Source of the DNA: Candidatus Thorarchaeota archaeon
Lineage (GTDB): Archaea; Asgardarchaeota; Thorarchaeia; Thorarchaeales; Thorarchaeaceae
DNA length: 32,000 nucleotides
Reading direction: 5' to 3'
NCBI GenBank assembly: GCA_008080745.1
Contig: SHMX01000011.1
Coordinates: 1-32,000 of the forward strand
Numbering within the stretch: position 1 is the first letter of the stretch; every line of letters begins with the position of its first letter. Positions 1 to 8,679 of this stretch are shown in pieces. The position numbers and the translations under genes are program-made. The notes below the pieces were generated by a model. It was given only the letters and a program-made list of their open reading frames with translations, was not told the origin of the DNA and ran no database searches.

Positions 1-93
1 TCCCTGACCAGGACAGAGTTTCACCCAGTACCGTTGCCTGGGAGGACACCGCTCTGATGTCCAAGTTTGTCCATAAAACAATGAACGGTTTGA
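1..93. other. End of a putative structured non-coding element (runs off the left edge), related to the element at 19494-19810
   Basis: TGTCCA-agtt-TGTCCA at 58-73, then 10 nt and AACGGTT. TGACCAG (5-11) and GAGGAC (42-47) occur in the same order, and TGACCAG at nearly the same distance from the tandem, as in 19721-19807. Hairpin CCCAG/CTGGG at 24-42. GC is 35/60 in 1-60 versus 20/60 in 61-120. Confidence 0.5.
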
Positions 94-97
94 ATCA

Positions 98-203
98 ATG
101 GATAAAAGTCTAATTGGATGAGTTAATCACCTATGCTAGCTACCTAAATCCGTGACAGTTCAGTGTCAACAGTGTCCGCCACATCAACAAGCCTTTTATC
201 CAT
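98..203. promoter_or_regulatory. Divergent promoter region with mirror-image TATA-like boxes and a candidate operator
   Basis: ATGGATAAAAG (98-108) and CTTTTATCCAT (193-203) are exact reverse complements. TGACA-N6-TGTCA palindrome at 153-168 lies between them. Confidence 0.5.
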
Positions 204-245
204 CTATTTCTCACGAATCTTGTCCTCGAACGTGAGGGATAGCTA

Positions 246-1091
246 ATGACTGAAACTGCAGCTCCCGTCCTAAAACATCCTATGGCGAAATACATCCGTG
301 AAGATCGCCAACCATGGATATACTGCCCTGGTTGCTCTATCGGAATTGCTACTAACATGATTGCTCGAGCTATTGACAATCTTGGACTTGATATGAGCAA
401 GGTCGTCGTTGTATCTGGTATCGGATGCACTGGCCGTGTGTCTGGCTATTTCCAGACAGGAACCTATCACACCACTCATGGTCGTGCAATTGCTTTTGCC
501 GAAGGCGTCAAGATAGCCAATCCCGAACTAGAAGTCATCGTGGTTTCTGGTGATGGTGATCTCGCCGCAATCGGTGGTAACCACCTTATCCATGCTTGCA
601 GACGTAATATCGACCTAACTGTTGTATGTGTAAACAACTTCAATTATGGCATGACAGGAGGACAGTTTGGGCCCACTACGGAACATGAGAGGTATTCCCA
701 GACCAGTCCTAGGCCGATAGGCAATGTGGAACACCCATTCAACCTGGTGAAGTTGGCTGCATCATCTGGAGCGACTTTTGTGGCCAGATGGACAGCAATA
801 CAAGCTAGGCGAGCCACCCGTTCGATACAGAAAGGAATAGCCAAGGAAGGATTCTCGTTTATAGAAATTATAGGAGCTTGTCCCACAGCATATGGAAGAA
901 TGAACCGACTGGGTGATGGAGTTGGAATGCACAAACATCTTCTAGAGGTTGCGGAGATTCAGAACGGATTACCCCCACACGAGGCCGAATTGATTTATGA
1001 CGAGCGAATTGTCTGTGGAGAATTCGTAGACATAGTAAAACCAGAATACACAAGGGTCTTGAGAGAGAAGACCTCAAAGGTCAGGGAGTGA
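246..1091 (+). CDS. korB: 2-oxoacid:ferredoxin oxidoreductase beta subunit (TPP-binding)
   Basis: YCPGCS, SGIGC, HGRA, GDGD...NN TPP motif, YGMTGGQ and CPT motifs. Confidence 0.93.
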   Translation: MTETAAPVLKHPMAKYIREDRQPWIYCPGCSIGIATNMIARAIDNLGLDMSKVVVVSGIGCTGRVSGYFQTGTYHTTHGRAIAFAEGVKIANPELEVIVVSGDGDLAAIGGNHLIHACRRNIDLTVVCVNNFNYGMTGGQFGPTTEHERYSQTSPRPIGNVEHPFNLVKLAASSGATFVARWTAIQARRATRSIQKGIAKEGFSFIEIIGACPTAYGRMNRLGDGVGMHKHLLEVAEIQNGLPPHEAELIYDERIVCGEFVDIVKPEYTRVLREKTSKVRE

Positions 1092-1095
1092 AGAT

Positions 1096-1653
1096 ATGGG
1101 AAGATTCGAAGTACGGATTGGGGGATTCGGAGGACAAGGTGTTGTGACCATGGCAGTGGTCATGGGCGAGACCCTTTCATTATACGATAACAAATATTGT
1201 GTACAGACCCAGTCATACGGACCAGAGGCTAGAGGAGGAGCTAGTAAAAGTGAGGTAGTCATCTCTGATGAAGAGATCGATTATCCAAAGGTTCAGGAAC
1301 CAGACGTATTCATAGCTATGAGTAGAGCTGCATATCTTGAATACATAGATGGGCTGAAGGATGATGGAATCCTCATAATCGATCAAGATTTGGTCGACAT
1401 AGAGGGTGACCTCCCAGAAACAGTAACGGTCTACAAAGTACCAGCAACTCGAATTGCAGACAAGGATGTTGGAACCAAGCTTGCGACAAACGTTGTGATG
1501 TTGGGGGCCTTTGCTGCAATCACAGGACAGATATCAGTTGAGGGTCTTCGAGCACAGATTGAAGAACGTTGGCCAAGGTTCGTAAAGACCAACTTGCTGG
1601 CTCTTGATTTGGGGATGAAGGCTGGAAAAGAAGCCAAGGCCTCGCAAGAATAG
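1096..1653 (+). CDS. korC: 2-oxoacid:ferredoxin oxidoreductase gamma subunit
   Basis: IGGFGGQGV and SYGPEARGG motifs, N-x-V-M-L-G; starts 4 nt after korB. Confidence 0.92.
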   Translation: MGRFEVRIGGFGGQGVVTMAVVMGETLSLYDNKYCVQTQSYGPEARGGASKSEVVISDEEIDYPKVQEPDVFIAMSRAAYLEYIDGLKDDGILIIDQDLVDIEGDLPETVTVYKVPATRIADKDVGTKLATNVVMLGAFAAITGQISVEGLRAQIEERWPRFVKTNLLALDLGMKAGKEAKASQE

Positions 1654-1761
1654 ATGATTCCTCCTATCTCTGAGAGTCCATGTATTCCCCATCTTAGCAG
1701 AAGATAGATTGGTTATTAAAAAGCATAAAAGAGATATAGATGACAGACTCTATCTTTTGCC

Positions 1762-2208
1762 GTGTTAGGTATGAGTTCGTTCTGGTCTAAATGGATGTTC
1801 ATTATATCAATTATCATCAGTATCACAGGTTTTTGTTTCTGCGTGGTTTTCACATATCTCATTCCCCAGGTGCTGGAGGTCTTTTTCAAGGAGATAACGG
1901 GAATAGGTTTTGCCGAAATATCAGACAATCAATTACGATTCATGTTTCTTCTATCCGTTGTGATAGGAGCCACCATGATGGGGTGGGGAGTAATGCTGAT
2001 ACTACTGTGCTGTAGACTTGTTAGAGGAAGAGATGAATGGATATGGACGGTAATAGCAGTGGGAATCTTGACATGGTTTGTAGTAGATACCTCCCTCTCA
2101 TTCATCCTGGGTAGTATGCTTAATGTTGCATTGAACACGATCATTTTCCTTATGACATTGCCTCCACTTATCGCCAATAGAAAGGTGTTATTCAAAACCG
2201 TGAAATAG
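1762..2208 (+). CDS. Hypothetical membrane protein (about 4 TM segments)
   Basis: 148-aa ORF (GTG start, or ATG at 1771) with four hydrophobic stretches; fills the intergenic gap. Confidence 0.7.
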   Translation: MLGMSSFWSKWMFIISIIISITGFCFCVVFTYLIPQVLEVFFKEITGIGFAEISDNQLRFMFLLSVVIGATMMGWGVMLILLCCRLVRGRDEWIWTVIAVGILTWFVVDTSLSFILGSMLNVALNTIIFLMTLPPLIANRKVLFKTVK

Positions 2209-2273
2209 TGTGAACCATTTCAACTATGTCTTGACTGAATATTATTGGAATATAATAAAAAAAGAAGAGAAGA

Positions 2274-2292
2274 GTCGGGAACAGTTCCCGAC
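2274..2292 (-). terminator. Hairpin plus T-tract ending the hydrogenase operon
   Basis: Perfect inverted repeat GTCGGGAAC-A-GTTCCCGAC just past the stop at 2303, followed on the minus strand by TCTTCTCTTCTTTTTTT. Confidence 0.7.
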
Positions 2293-2302
2293 AATAGTAT
2301 TT

Positions 2303-2674
2303 CTAGTAGATGACCATGTCATCCCGACTTAGGTAAGCCATCTCGAATTCATCTGAGAGTTCCAAGACGTCTCTTGGACACGATTCCACACATTGGCCAC
2401 ATAGTAAGCATCTGTCAAAGTGGCAAATTGGGCGGAAACCAGTTCGAGTCTGTACATCTTCAGGTCTACATTCGATCATCTCGATTGCATCACTAGGGCA
2501 TACACGTTCACAAATCTTGCATCCAGTGCAATTATTGGGATTCTTGTAGACCCACTTCCCTCGAAGATCCGGTGGAACATTCAGGCCTTCCTTCGTGAAG
2601 GGATATATCACAGTAGCCTGCTTGGAACGTGCGCTTTTCAAAAGCTCTCTTTCCATTTTTCCTAGACTGGGCAT
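2303..2674 (-). CDS. Group 4 hydrogenase 2x[4Fe-4S] subunit (NuoI/EchF/HycF-like)
   Basis: Two CxxCxxCxxxCP motifs (CTGCKICERVCP, CLLCGQCVESCP); N-terminal T-x-x-YPF. Confidence 0.9.
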   Translation of the reverse strand: MPSLGKMERELLKSARSKQATVIYPFTKEGLNVPPDLRGKWVYKNPNNCTGCKICERVCPSDAIEMIECRPEDVQTRTGFRPICHFDRCLLCGQCVESCPRDVLELSDEFEMAYLSRDDMVIY

Positions 2675-2677
2675 ATT

Positions 2678-3778
2678 CTATACAACTCCTATAGCGGGAA
2701 ATACAAGATTCAGTACAATCTGAATCAGTAACATGTTAAATAATGCAATAGGTACCATGACCTTCCAACCAGCTCGGACAATCTGGTCAATTCGCCAACG
2801 AGCAAAGAGGGTCCTCATATTAGCAAGAACTAGAATTACCAAGGCGCTCTTAAACATAAACACAAGAGTGTAGTATAAGGCACCAAACCAATTGCTAGCC
2901 ATAAATAGACCAAACTCTTGGAAGATTGGAAGTGGAATCAACTCCAATAAGAACGGCCCACCAAGAAATAGTGTGGTTGCCATTCCAGCTCCAAAGACCA
3001 GAAGAATATCCTCTGCCATGTGAATCATAGCTAATTTCTTCCCACTGTACTCAACTTGCCATCCATGAACGATTTCGGTTTCTGCATGGCTTACATCAAA
3101 AGGTATCCGTTCTAACTCTGCTTGTAGAGAGATGATATATACTATGAACGGAATTATGAGTAACCATCCATAAGCCAATGATAGTCCAGAACCACCTCCA
3201 GTACCCAACATGGTATTCATGATAGTAGAGATGCTTAGACTTCCAGTAAGAATAGCTGGAGTGATAAGTGCAATTATGAGAGGAATCTCAAAACTGATCA
3301 AGAGCATTCCTGTACGAGCTGCCCCAGTTTGAGCATATGGACTTGACGAGAAATATCCACCAAGAACAATCAGGATAGCCATAAGAGTAGAAATGAAGAG
3401 AACAATCAGCAAGTCGCCTTCAAAACTGAGTATACCCTGTACACCTGGAGCAGGATTGAGATCAACAATTGGAAGGAACATGCAGAGAAGAATGCTAAGA
3501 ATAAGCATTATGACCGGTACTGCTGCAAAACTCCTCTTATCAGCACGTTTGGGTGTCAAGTCTTCTTTTCCTACTAGTTTTAGAAAGTCCGCCAGGGGCT
3601 GGAGTATCCCCCGCCAACCAGTGTGGAGAGGTCCCATTCTATTTTGTAAACGGGCATACACCTTTCTATCCATCCATTCCCATAGCAAAGCTAGAAATGT
3701 TATGAAAAAGATTCCAGGGAAGAAAAGAATCCAAAGTGCTGGGAATACCAATTCAGTCAATAGATTAATCTGCATCAT
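2678..3778 (-). CDS. Group 4 hydrogenase membrane subunit (NuoH/EchB/HycD-like)
   Basis: DRKVYARLQNRMGP, LQPLADFLKL, RIPFDVSHAETEI, EYSG and RWRIDQ motifs; about 8 TM; ATGA overlap with the upstream gene. Confidence 0.92.
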   Translation of the reverse strand: MMQINLLTELVFPALWILFFPGIFFITFLALLWEWMDRKVYARLQNRMGPLHTGWRGILQPLADFLKLVGKEDLTPKRADKRSFAAVPVIMLILSILLCMFLPIVDLNPAPGVQGILSFEGDLLIVLFISTLMAILIVLGGYFSSSPYAQTGAARTGMLLISFEIPLIIALITPAILTGSLSISTIMNTMLGTGGGSGLSLAYGWLLIIPFIVYIISLQAELERIPFDVSHAETEIVHGWQVEYSGKKLAMIHMAEDILLVFGAGMATTLFLGGPFLLELIPLPIFQEFGLFMASNWFGALYYTLVFMFKSALVILVLANMRTLFARWRIDQIVRAGWKVMVPIALFNMLLIQIVLNLVFPAIGVV

Positions 3779-5007
3779 GCCACCCTCCTTGGATTTTCAG
3801 CGTACCATTTGTTAGCTCGGACACGTAGAGTATCAAGTGTGACTAATTCCATAGACTCGTCTTTCGAGTCAACTATAGCAACACGATCGGTGCAACTGAA
3901 GCAGGGATCAATTGCTGCAAGAGTAATCGGTGCATCGGCAATATAGCCACCACGTAGGGTGTGAGCCATACTCACCCAGTTCGCATGGGTTGGGGCTCGA
4001 ATCTTCAATCGGTCTGGCTTGTCAGTTCCATTGGTGATGAGATAATGTATGCACTCGCCACGAGGAGCTTCATATCGAGCAAGAACCTCATTAGGTTGGA
4101 TACGAGGTCGTACACGTTCACGAATAGGCCCATCGGGTAAATTATTCAAGAGCCACCTACACATCTGAATTGACTGAATGGTCTCAAGAACTCGTACTAC
4201 TGCACGTCCTGCAATATCACAACGATCAGAGAGTATCATATCGAACTCTCCACTATCCCGAAGATTGACATAAGCCATGGTAGGATCATTGAAACGAACA
4301 TCTACAGGAACATTGCTTCCACGAGCAGTGGGTCCAACAGCTGAGGTGCTCTTGGCAACACTGGTGGGAAGCATTCCAACACCATTGATTCGGTCCCAGA
4401 AGGTCTTCTCATAGATTGCAGTATCTCTATAATATTCCATTCTTTCTTCGAGATGGTCAAGTCCTTTGAGGTGCCTCTGTTTTAAATCATCTGAAACATC
4501 TCTGCGGACACCACCAACTGTATTCATAGCGTAGTTCACACGATTACCACTGAGGTCTTCGAGCATATCCATAACCACTTCTCGGTCACGCCAAGTGTAC
4601 ATGAAAGCCGTATCAAAACCAACTTCGTGAAAGGCAACACCCAACCATAGGATATGTGAATGAATTCTTTCAAGTTCCCATGTAAGCGTTCTGATGAATT
4701 TAGCTCTATCGGGAATGTCTACCTCTGCTGCAAATTCGCTAGCTTGTGCGAAGTTTCCGTTATGGGTAGCTGAACAGATACCACAGATTCGTTCAACTAG
4801 ATAGAGTATCTGAGTGAAGGTCTTCTGTTCTGCCAGTTTCTCAATTCCACGATGGTTATATCCAATATTGACTTCTGCGTCAATTATCCTCTCTCCCTCA
4901 ACAGTTAGTTTGAACATCCCAGGTTCTTTCAGAGCGGGATGTTGAGGGCCGATTGGAATAGATACACGTGGAGGAGTAATTACTTTTCGTTTTTCAGATG
5001 AGGTCAT
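3775..5007 (-). CDS. Group 4 [NiFe]-hydrogenase large catalytic subunit (NuoD/EchE/HycE-like)
   Basis: GPQHP, HRGIEK, L1 motif ERICGIC, L2 motif DPCFSCTDR with a C-terminal extension, EAPRGE. Start moved to ATG 5007, which has an AGGAGG RBS; the ORF-track start at 5151 overlaps the upstream gene. Confidence 0.93.
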   Translation of the reverse strand: MTSSEKRKVITPPRVSIPIGPQHPALKEPGMFKLTVEGERIIDAEVNIGYNHRGIEKLAEQKTFTQILYLVERICGICSATHNGNFAQASEFAAEVDIPDRAKFIRTLTWELERIHSHILWLGVAFHEVGFDTAFMYTWRDREVVMDMLEDLSGNRVNYAMNTVGGVRRDVSDDLKQRHLKGLDHLEERMEYYRDTAIYEKTFWDRINGVGMLPTSVAKSTSAVGPTARGSNVPVDVRFNDPTMAYVNLRDSGEFDMILSDRCDIAGRAVVRVLETIQSIQMCRWLLNNLPDGPIRERVRPRIQPNEVLARYEAPRGECIHYLITNGTDKPDRLKIRAPTHANWVSMAHTLRGGYIADAPITLAAIDPCFSCTDRVAIVDSKDESMELVTLDTLRVRANKWYAENPRRVA

Positions 5008-5008
5008 C

Positions 5009-5569
5009 TTAGAGTTCCTCCTTTGGCTTTGGGCCAGTTGTCTTCGAACGTTCCATAAGGCCTCGAGGATCTTCCCAGTCTTTACGAAGGGGGAATTCAT
5101 TATCAGGCCAGTTTTCGGGCAACTCACATCTTCGGGGTTTTGGATGTCCAACAGGAACTAAACCATAGAGTTCCCGAATCTCATTCTCCACGAATTCGGC
5201 TGCTGGAACTAGATCAGTTATTGATGGATATTCTGGTTTTTCCCGTGGTACATTCAGGCGGAAGGTGATTGCAATTTTCTTATCGTTAAAGAAGAAATGA
5301 TAACACGCCTGCAAATCATCACCTAGATCACGTCCCGAGAGAGTTGATAGTTGCCATAGGTCATAAGTATCTAACATGTACTGAACCACATCACGAATAC
5401 TCTCGGGCTTGATTTGGATGAAGAGCCTTCGAGGTTGTTTATGTACATATGACTCGGATGAAATTGCATAGTCAGAAAGCTCATCCATAAGACTATCAAA
5501 CAGCGCATATTCTTCTTTATACTGATCCTCTCTAGGAGCGGGTCTTATTTCCGATTCAGCATCACTCAT
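5009..5569 (-). CDS. Group 4 hydrogenase NuoC/EchD-like subunit
   Basis: ENEIRELYG, GHP and FPLRKD motifs of the complex I 30-kDa subunit family. Confidence 0.9.
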   Translation of the reverse strand: MSDAESEIRPAPREDQYKEEYALFDSLMDELSDYAISSESYVHKQPRRLFIQIKPESIRDVVQYMLDTYDLWQLSTLSGRDLGDDLQACYHFFFNDKKIAITFRLNVPREKPEYPSITDLVPAAEFVENEIRELYGLVPVGHPKPRRCELPENWPDNEFPLRKDWEDPRGLMERSKTTGPKPKEEL

Positions 5570-6084
5570 GCTTCAACCTCCTCAACTTGTACCTCGACGG
5601 GTTCGGGAATTTTCTCTACTTCTTCCTTCTTTGGTGGAGCAACACCAAGAGCTTCAGCCAGAACCTCCAGGAGCTTATACGCACCAAAGGTGATTGCAGA
5701 CGGCTTGGGTGGACAACCCGGAATGTATGCGGTCACAGGAATAGCCTGATCAACGCCACCGAGTACATTATACCCTCCACGAAATACTCCACCACTACAG
5801 GCGCATGATCCGATAGCAACAACAAATTTCGGTTCTGCCATCTGGTCATATATTCGCTGTAGTCGTTCTTTGATTTGCTCAGTCACAGGTCCCGTAACAA
5901 GCATCACATCAGCATGCCGGGGGCTGCCTACGAGCTTCATCCCAAATCGTTCAATGTCAATTCTTGGCATGAGTGCAGCCACTATCTCGATGTCGCATCC
6001 ATTACAACTTCCACTATTGAAATGGAAGACATAAGGTGACTTCAGTCGTGCCTTATTGATTAGCCGTTGTAAAAATCCCATCAT
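5566..6084 (-). CDS. Group 4 hydrogenase small subunit (NuoB/EchC/HycG-like)
   Basis: SGSCNGCDIE, SPRHAD, GSCACSGG and PGCPP motifs. Start moved to ATG 6084, which has a GGAGGT RBS 5 nt upstream. Confidence 0.93.
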   Translation of the reverse strand: MMGFLQRLINKARLKSPYVFHFNSGSCNGCDIEIVAALMPRIDIERFGMKLVGSPRHADVMLVTGPVTEQIKERLQRIYDQMAEPKFVVAIGSCACSGGVFRGGYNVLGGVDQAIPVTAYIPGCPPKPSAITFGAYKLLEVLAEALGVAPPKKEEVEKIPEPVEVQVEEVEA

Positions 6085-6094
6085 TTTGTACCTC

Positions 6095-6427
6095 CTAATC
6101 CATACTCCCTGGAGCAACTGACAGATACGCTGCAGCAACAAGCGTTATGGCAAGATACCCTATTATCACAAGACCAGCATTGGCCCATGCAATAAACAAC
6201 ATGAAGCCAACGATATCAAATAACATGAAATAGAGTGCAAAATTGAACAATTCAAGATTGAATTGTACTTTGCCACCCAAAAACGCAGGTTCACCGCATG
6301 CGTAAGCGTCCACAACTGCACCCGTAGTACGAGCTTTTGGAGCAACAGCTCTACCAAGGAGGGCAATGACTCCTGCAAAAAGCAGGCTTAGTGCTATTAC
6401 TAATGTGAATCCAATCATAATATCCAT
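6095..6427 (-). CDS. NuoA-like membrane subunit
   Basis: TM segment, YACGE loop, then FALYFMLFDI; 3 TM. ATG 6427 has an AGGTG RBS (GTG 6436 is an alternative start). Confidence 0.85.
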   Translation of the reverse strand: MDIMIGFTLVIALSLLFAGVIALLGRAVAPKARTTGAVVDAYACGEPAFLGGKVQFNLELFNFALYFMLFDIVGFMLFIAWANAGLVIIGYLAITLVAAAYLSVAPGSMD

Positions 6428-6669
6428 GGGGGCCACCTATACACCTGCAGATGTCAAGTCGGAGCGCTTCATGGTTCACTAATATCCTTAATGGTTGCAC
6501 ACTAGAATTTTCACCTTGTAAAGGACATAAGAAACCCTGAATGGGCAACTTGATTGCACTTGGTCTATATACACATGAAAGTTCGTATGTGTTCTAATGA
6601 ACCCTAGCATAGCGGACATGAAATTGAGTAAATATTATTGGTAGAAATACTAGATTAGTCGCCATTCTA

Positions 6670-7455
6670 TCACAGTTTGCTCTGTGCAATAACAGCTGCT
6701 CCCAATGCACCAGTGAATTGAGGGTGTTCAGGAATCCATAGATCAGACCCAATATCAGCGGCAAGATGATGTTGAAATGCTTGATTGAGAGCTACCCCAC
6801 CAGTGAGTGCCACTGGTGATACAAGGCCCACTCGGCGGGCGAGAGTTCCAACTTTTGATGCCATTGACTGATGTATTCCTGCTGCAATGTCTGAGGCGCT
6901 CTCACCAGATCCAATATGACCAACAACCTCGCTCTCTGCAAACACCGTACAAGTACTACTAATCGTAGATGGGTTGTTTGATTCTAGAGCTATGCTTCCA
7001 AGCATGTCAATAGTAACACCAAGAACTCCAGCCATGACTTCTAGAAATCTACCCGTGCCAGCACTACATTTATCATTAAGTTCAAAATCAGATGGCTTTC
7101 CATGCTCATTGACACGAATCACTTTTGAGTCCTGTCCCCCAATATCAATCACCAGACGTATTGAGGGATTGAGATGATGAATTCCCACACAATGACAGGT
7201 AATTTCTGTCAAAAATTTTTCTGCAAAATCTACTTGACGTCGTCCATATCCTGTACTGATGGTTATGGTATCCAAAAGGGGTAGGCCAGATTCTTGAGTC
7301 ATGATTTGAAATACATCTTGAGCAGCATCGGATGCAGAAGAACCAGTCGCACGAATGCGCTTTGTGATAATCATACCATCTGTAGATAATACCACACCCT
7401 TGGTTGTAGTAGACCCCACATCGATACCAACCGTATAAGATGGTGTTTCAGACAC
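6670..7455 (-). CDS. ATP-dependent CoA-substrate enzyme activase (HgdC/HadI; BadF/BadG/BcrA/BcrD family)
   Basis: GIDVGSTTTK, TGYGR, EITCH, IDIGGQDSK, NDKCSAGTGRFLE and SSTCTVFAESE motifs. Confidence 0.93.
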   Translation of the reverse strand: MSETPSYTVGIDVGSTTTKGVVLSTDGMIITKRIRATGSSASDAAQDVFQIMTQESGLPLLDTITISTGYGRRQVDFAEKFLTEITCHCVGIHHLNPSIRLVIDIGGQDSKVIRVNEHGKPSDFELNDKCSAGTGRFLEVMAGVLGVTIDMLGSIALESNNPSTISSTCTVFAESEVVGHIGSGESASDIAAGIHQSMASKVGTLARRVGLVSPVALTGGVALNQAFQHHLAADIGSDLWIPEHPQFTGALGAAVIAQSKL

Positions 7456-7466
7456 GTTTTACCACC

Positions 7467-8678
7467 CTAGGCAAACATCTCGAGAAGAGCATCGACACGT
7501 GTCTGAATCTGTGCATCATTAAAGGCACGAGAATCAACCATATCGCCTTCAATAATCACACCAGGAACTCCAGTTTCTTCCGTAACTAATTCCTTCGAAA
7601 CCAATTGGCCAAGAGAATATCTCTTGCAGGATCTAACTGAAAACATAATGAATCCATCAAGATCGTAATCCCGAATTAGCTGACACATCTTCTCAACTTT
7701 GGCATCAAGGCCTTTGTTAAGGTACACATTACTATACAATTCAGCAACGTTTCTATAAAGATCTGTCCCTTCTATAGAACCTTGCCATGCATGTGTATAG
7801 GTATCAGCAGGAAAAACAACCCCACGTTTTGCTAGACCATTAAAGAATCGAAATATCTGAAACCAAGGCGGGATATTATCCCATAATAGACGGATCTTCT
7901 CATCTCTAATTGCTCCTATTCCCTGTTCTACTCGATCTTTGACCTCATCATATAGAGTCTGATAAAATTCAATTATGTAATCTGATCCACGTAATGCTAC
8001 TACTGGAGCCATGGTTAGAAACCGGTCAGCACAATTTAGAGGACTCGGTTTATTCTTGCATGCCTGCAAAGATTTGGTCCATAGGTCTATCGCAGTGGTA
8101 GAATTCTTTGCAACACTTCTCAGATGTTCTAATTCCATGGATGTGTCGAAAGTTGTAGAGATGAATTCAACCAATCTCTCAATACCCCTTTGAACATATT
8201 CTATATGATGTGGTGCTTGTTCTGCATCAATAGGAGGGGTATCTAGAAGAAACACTGGTGCATCGGTCATCTCGGATATTGCATCATACCACCTTAGAAC
8301 TGTGCCACAGATATTGTTACATGCAAGCAGTGCTTGTGGTGTTGGCAAACCCTCCATGGGACTGTTATCGGGCCTGTGCGTTGAGCCGATACTGGATCGC
8401 GCATATGAACACAGCTCTTGGGAATAACCCAATTCTTCTGCGTATCCACATAGGTCTGGACCTACCTTTTGAGATCCCACAACAGCACCATATTGTTCAG
8501 GGTAAGAGGGGGTTACTCCCATTGCAAGTGGTATCTCTACGGGGAAGCCCGATGTTACCCATGCAAGCTTTCCTTCTTCACTAGCATGCTGCCCCTCAAG
8601 CATGTAACGAAACATGACCTGTTGGAGATGAGTCTGAGATTCTAATGCACGATATGCTTTTTCTGTCTTATCAGCCAA
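7467..8678 (-). CDS. 2-hydroxyacyl-CoA dehydratase alpha-type subunit (HgdA/HadB/FldB/BcrB family)
   Basis: PEQYGA, LCSYARS, NNICGT, SCKRYS and IEGDMVD motifs. TTG 8678 follows a GGAGGTG RBS (ORF-track start 8702). Confidence 0.88.
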   Translation of the reverse strand: MADKTEKAYRALESQTHLQQVMFRYMLEGQHASEEGKLAWVTSGFPVEIPLAMGVTPSYPEQYGAVVGSQKVGPDLCGYAEELGYSQELCSYARSSIGSTHRPDNSPMEGLPTPQALLACNNICGTVLRWYDAISEMTDAPVFLLDTPPIDAEQAPHHIEYVQRGIERLVEFISTTFDTSMELEHLRSVAKNSTTAIDLWTKSLQACKNKPSPLNCADRFLTMAPVVALRGSDYIIEFYQTLYDEVKDRVEQGIGAIRDEKIRLLWDNIPPWFQIFRFFNGLAKRGVVFPADTYTHAWQGSIEGTDLYRNVAELYSNVYLNKGLDAKVEKMCQLIRDYDLDGFIMFSVRSCKRYSLGQLVSKELVTEETGVPGVIIEGDMVDSRAFNDAQIQTRVDALLEMFA

Positions 8679-8679
8679 T

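Noticed and set aside
1-60. RNase P RNA: minus-strand CCAGGCAAC..CTGGGTGAAAC resembles P8/P9, and CAGAAGAGGGGGGTTA at 19612 resembles CR-V
   Set aside because: The required GAGGAA(A/G)NUCC CR-I is absent at the expected position in both places.
21-74. Selenocysteine read-through of TGA in the minus-strand micro-ORF
   Set aside because: No redox motif context and no SECIS visible; the sequence is better explained by the repeat element.
5008-5151. N-terminal extensions given by the ORF track for the large subunit (5151), small subunit (6141), dehydratase (9927) and MFS (31885)
   Set aside because: They overlap upstream genes or promoter DNA. Downstream starts match family N-termini, and the first three have clear RBS motifs.
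6437-6472. In-frame ATG...TAG directly before the NuoA-like gene (possible pyrrolysine read-through)
   Set aside because: ATG 6427 has its own RBS and gives a full-length NuoA; the 11 extra residues show no homology signal.
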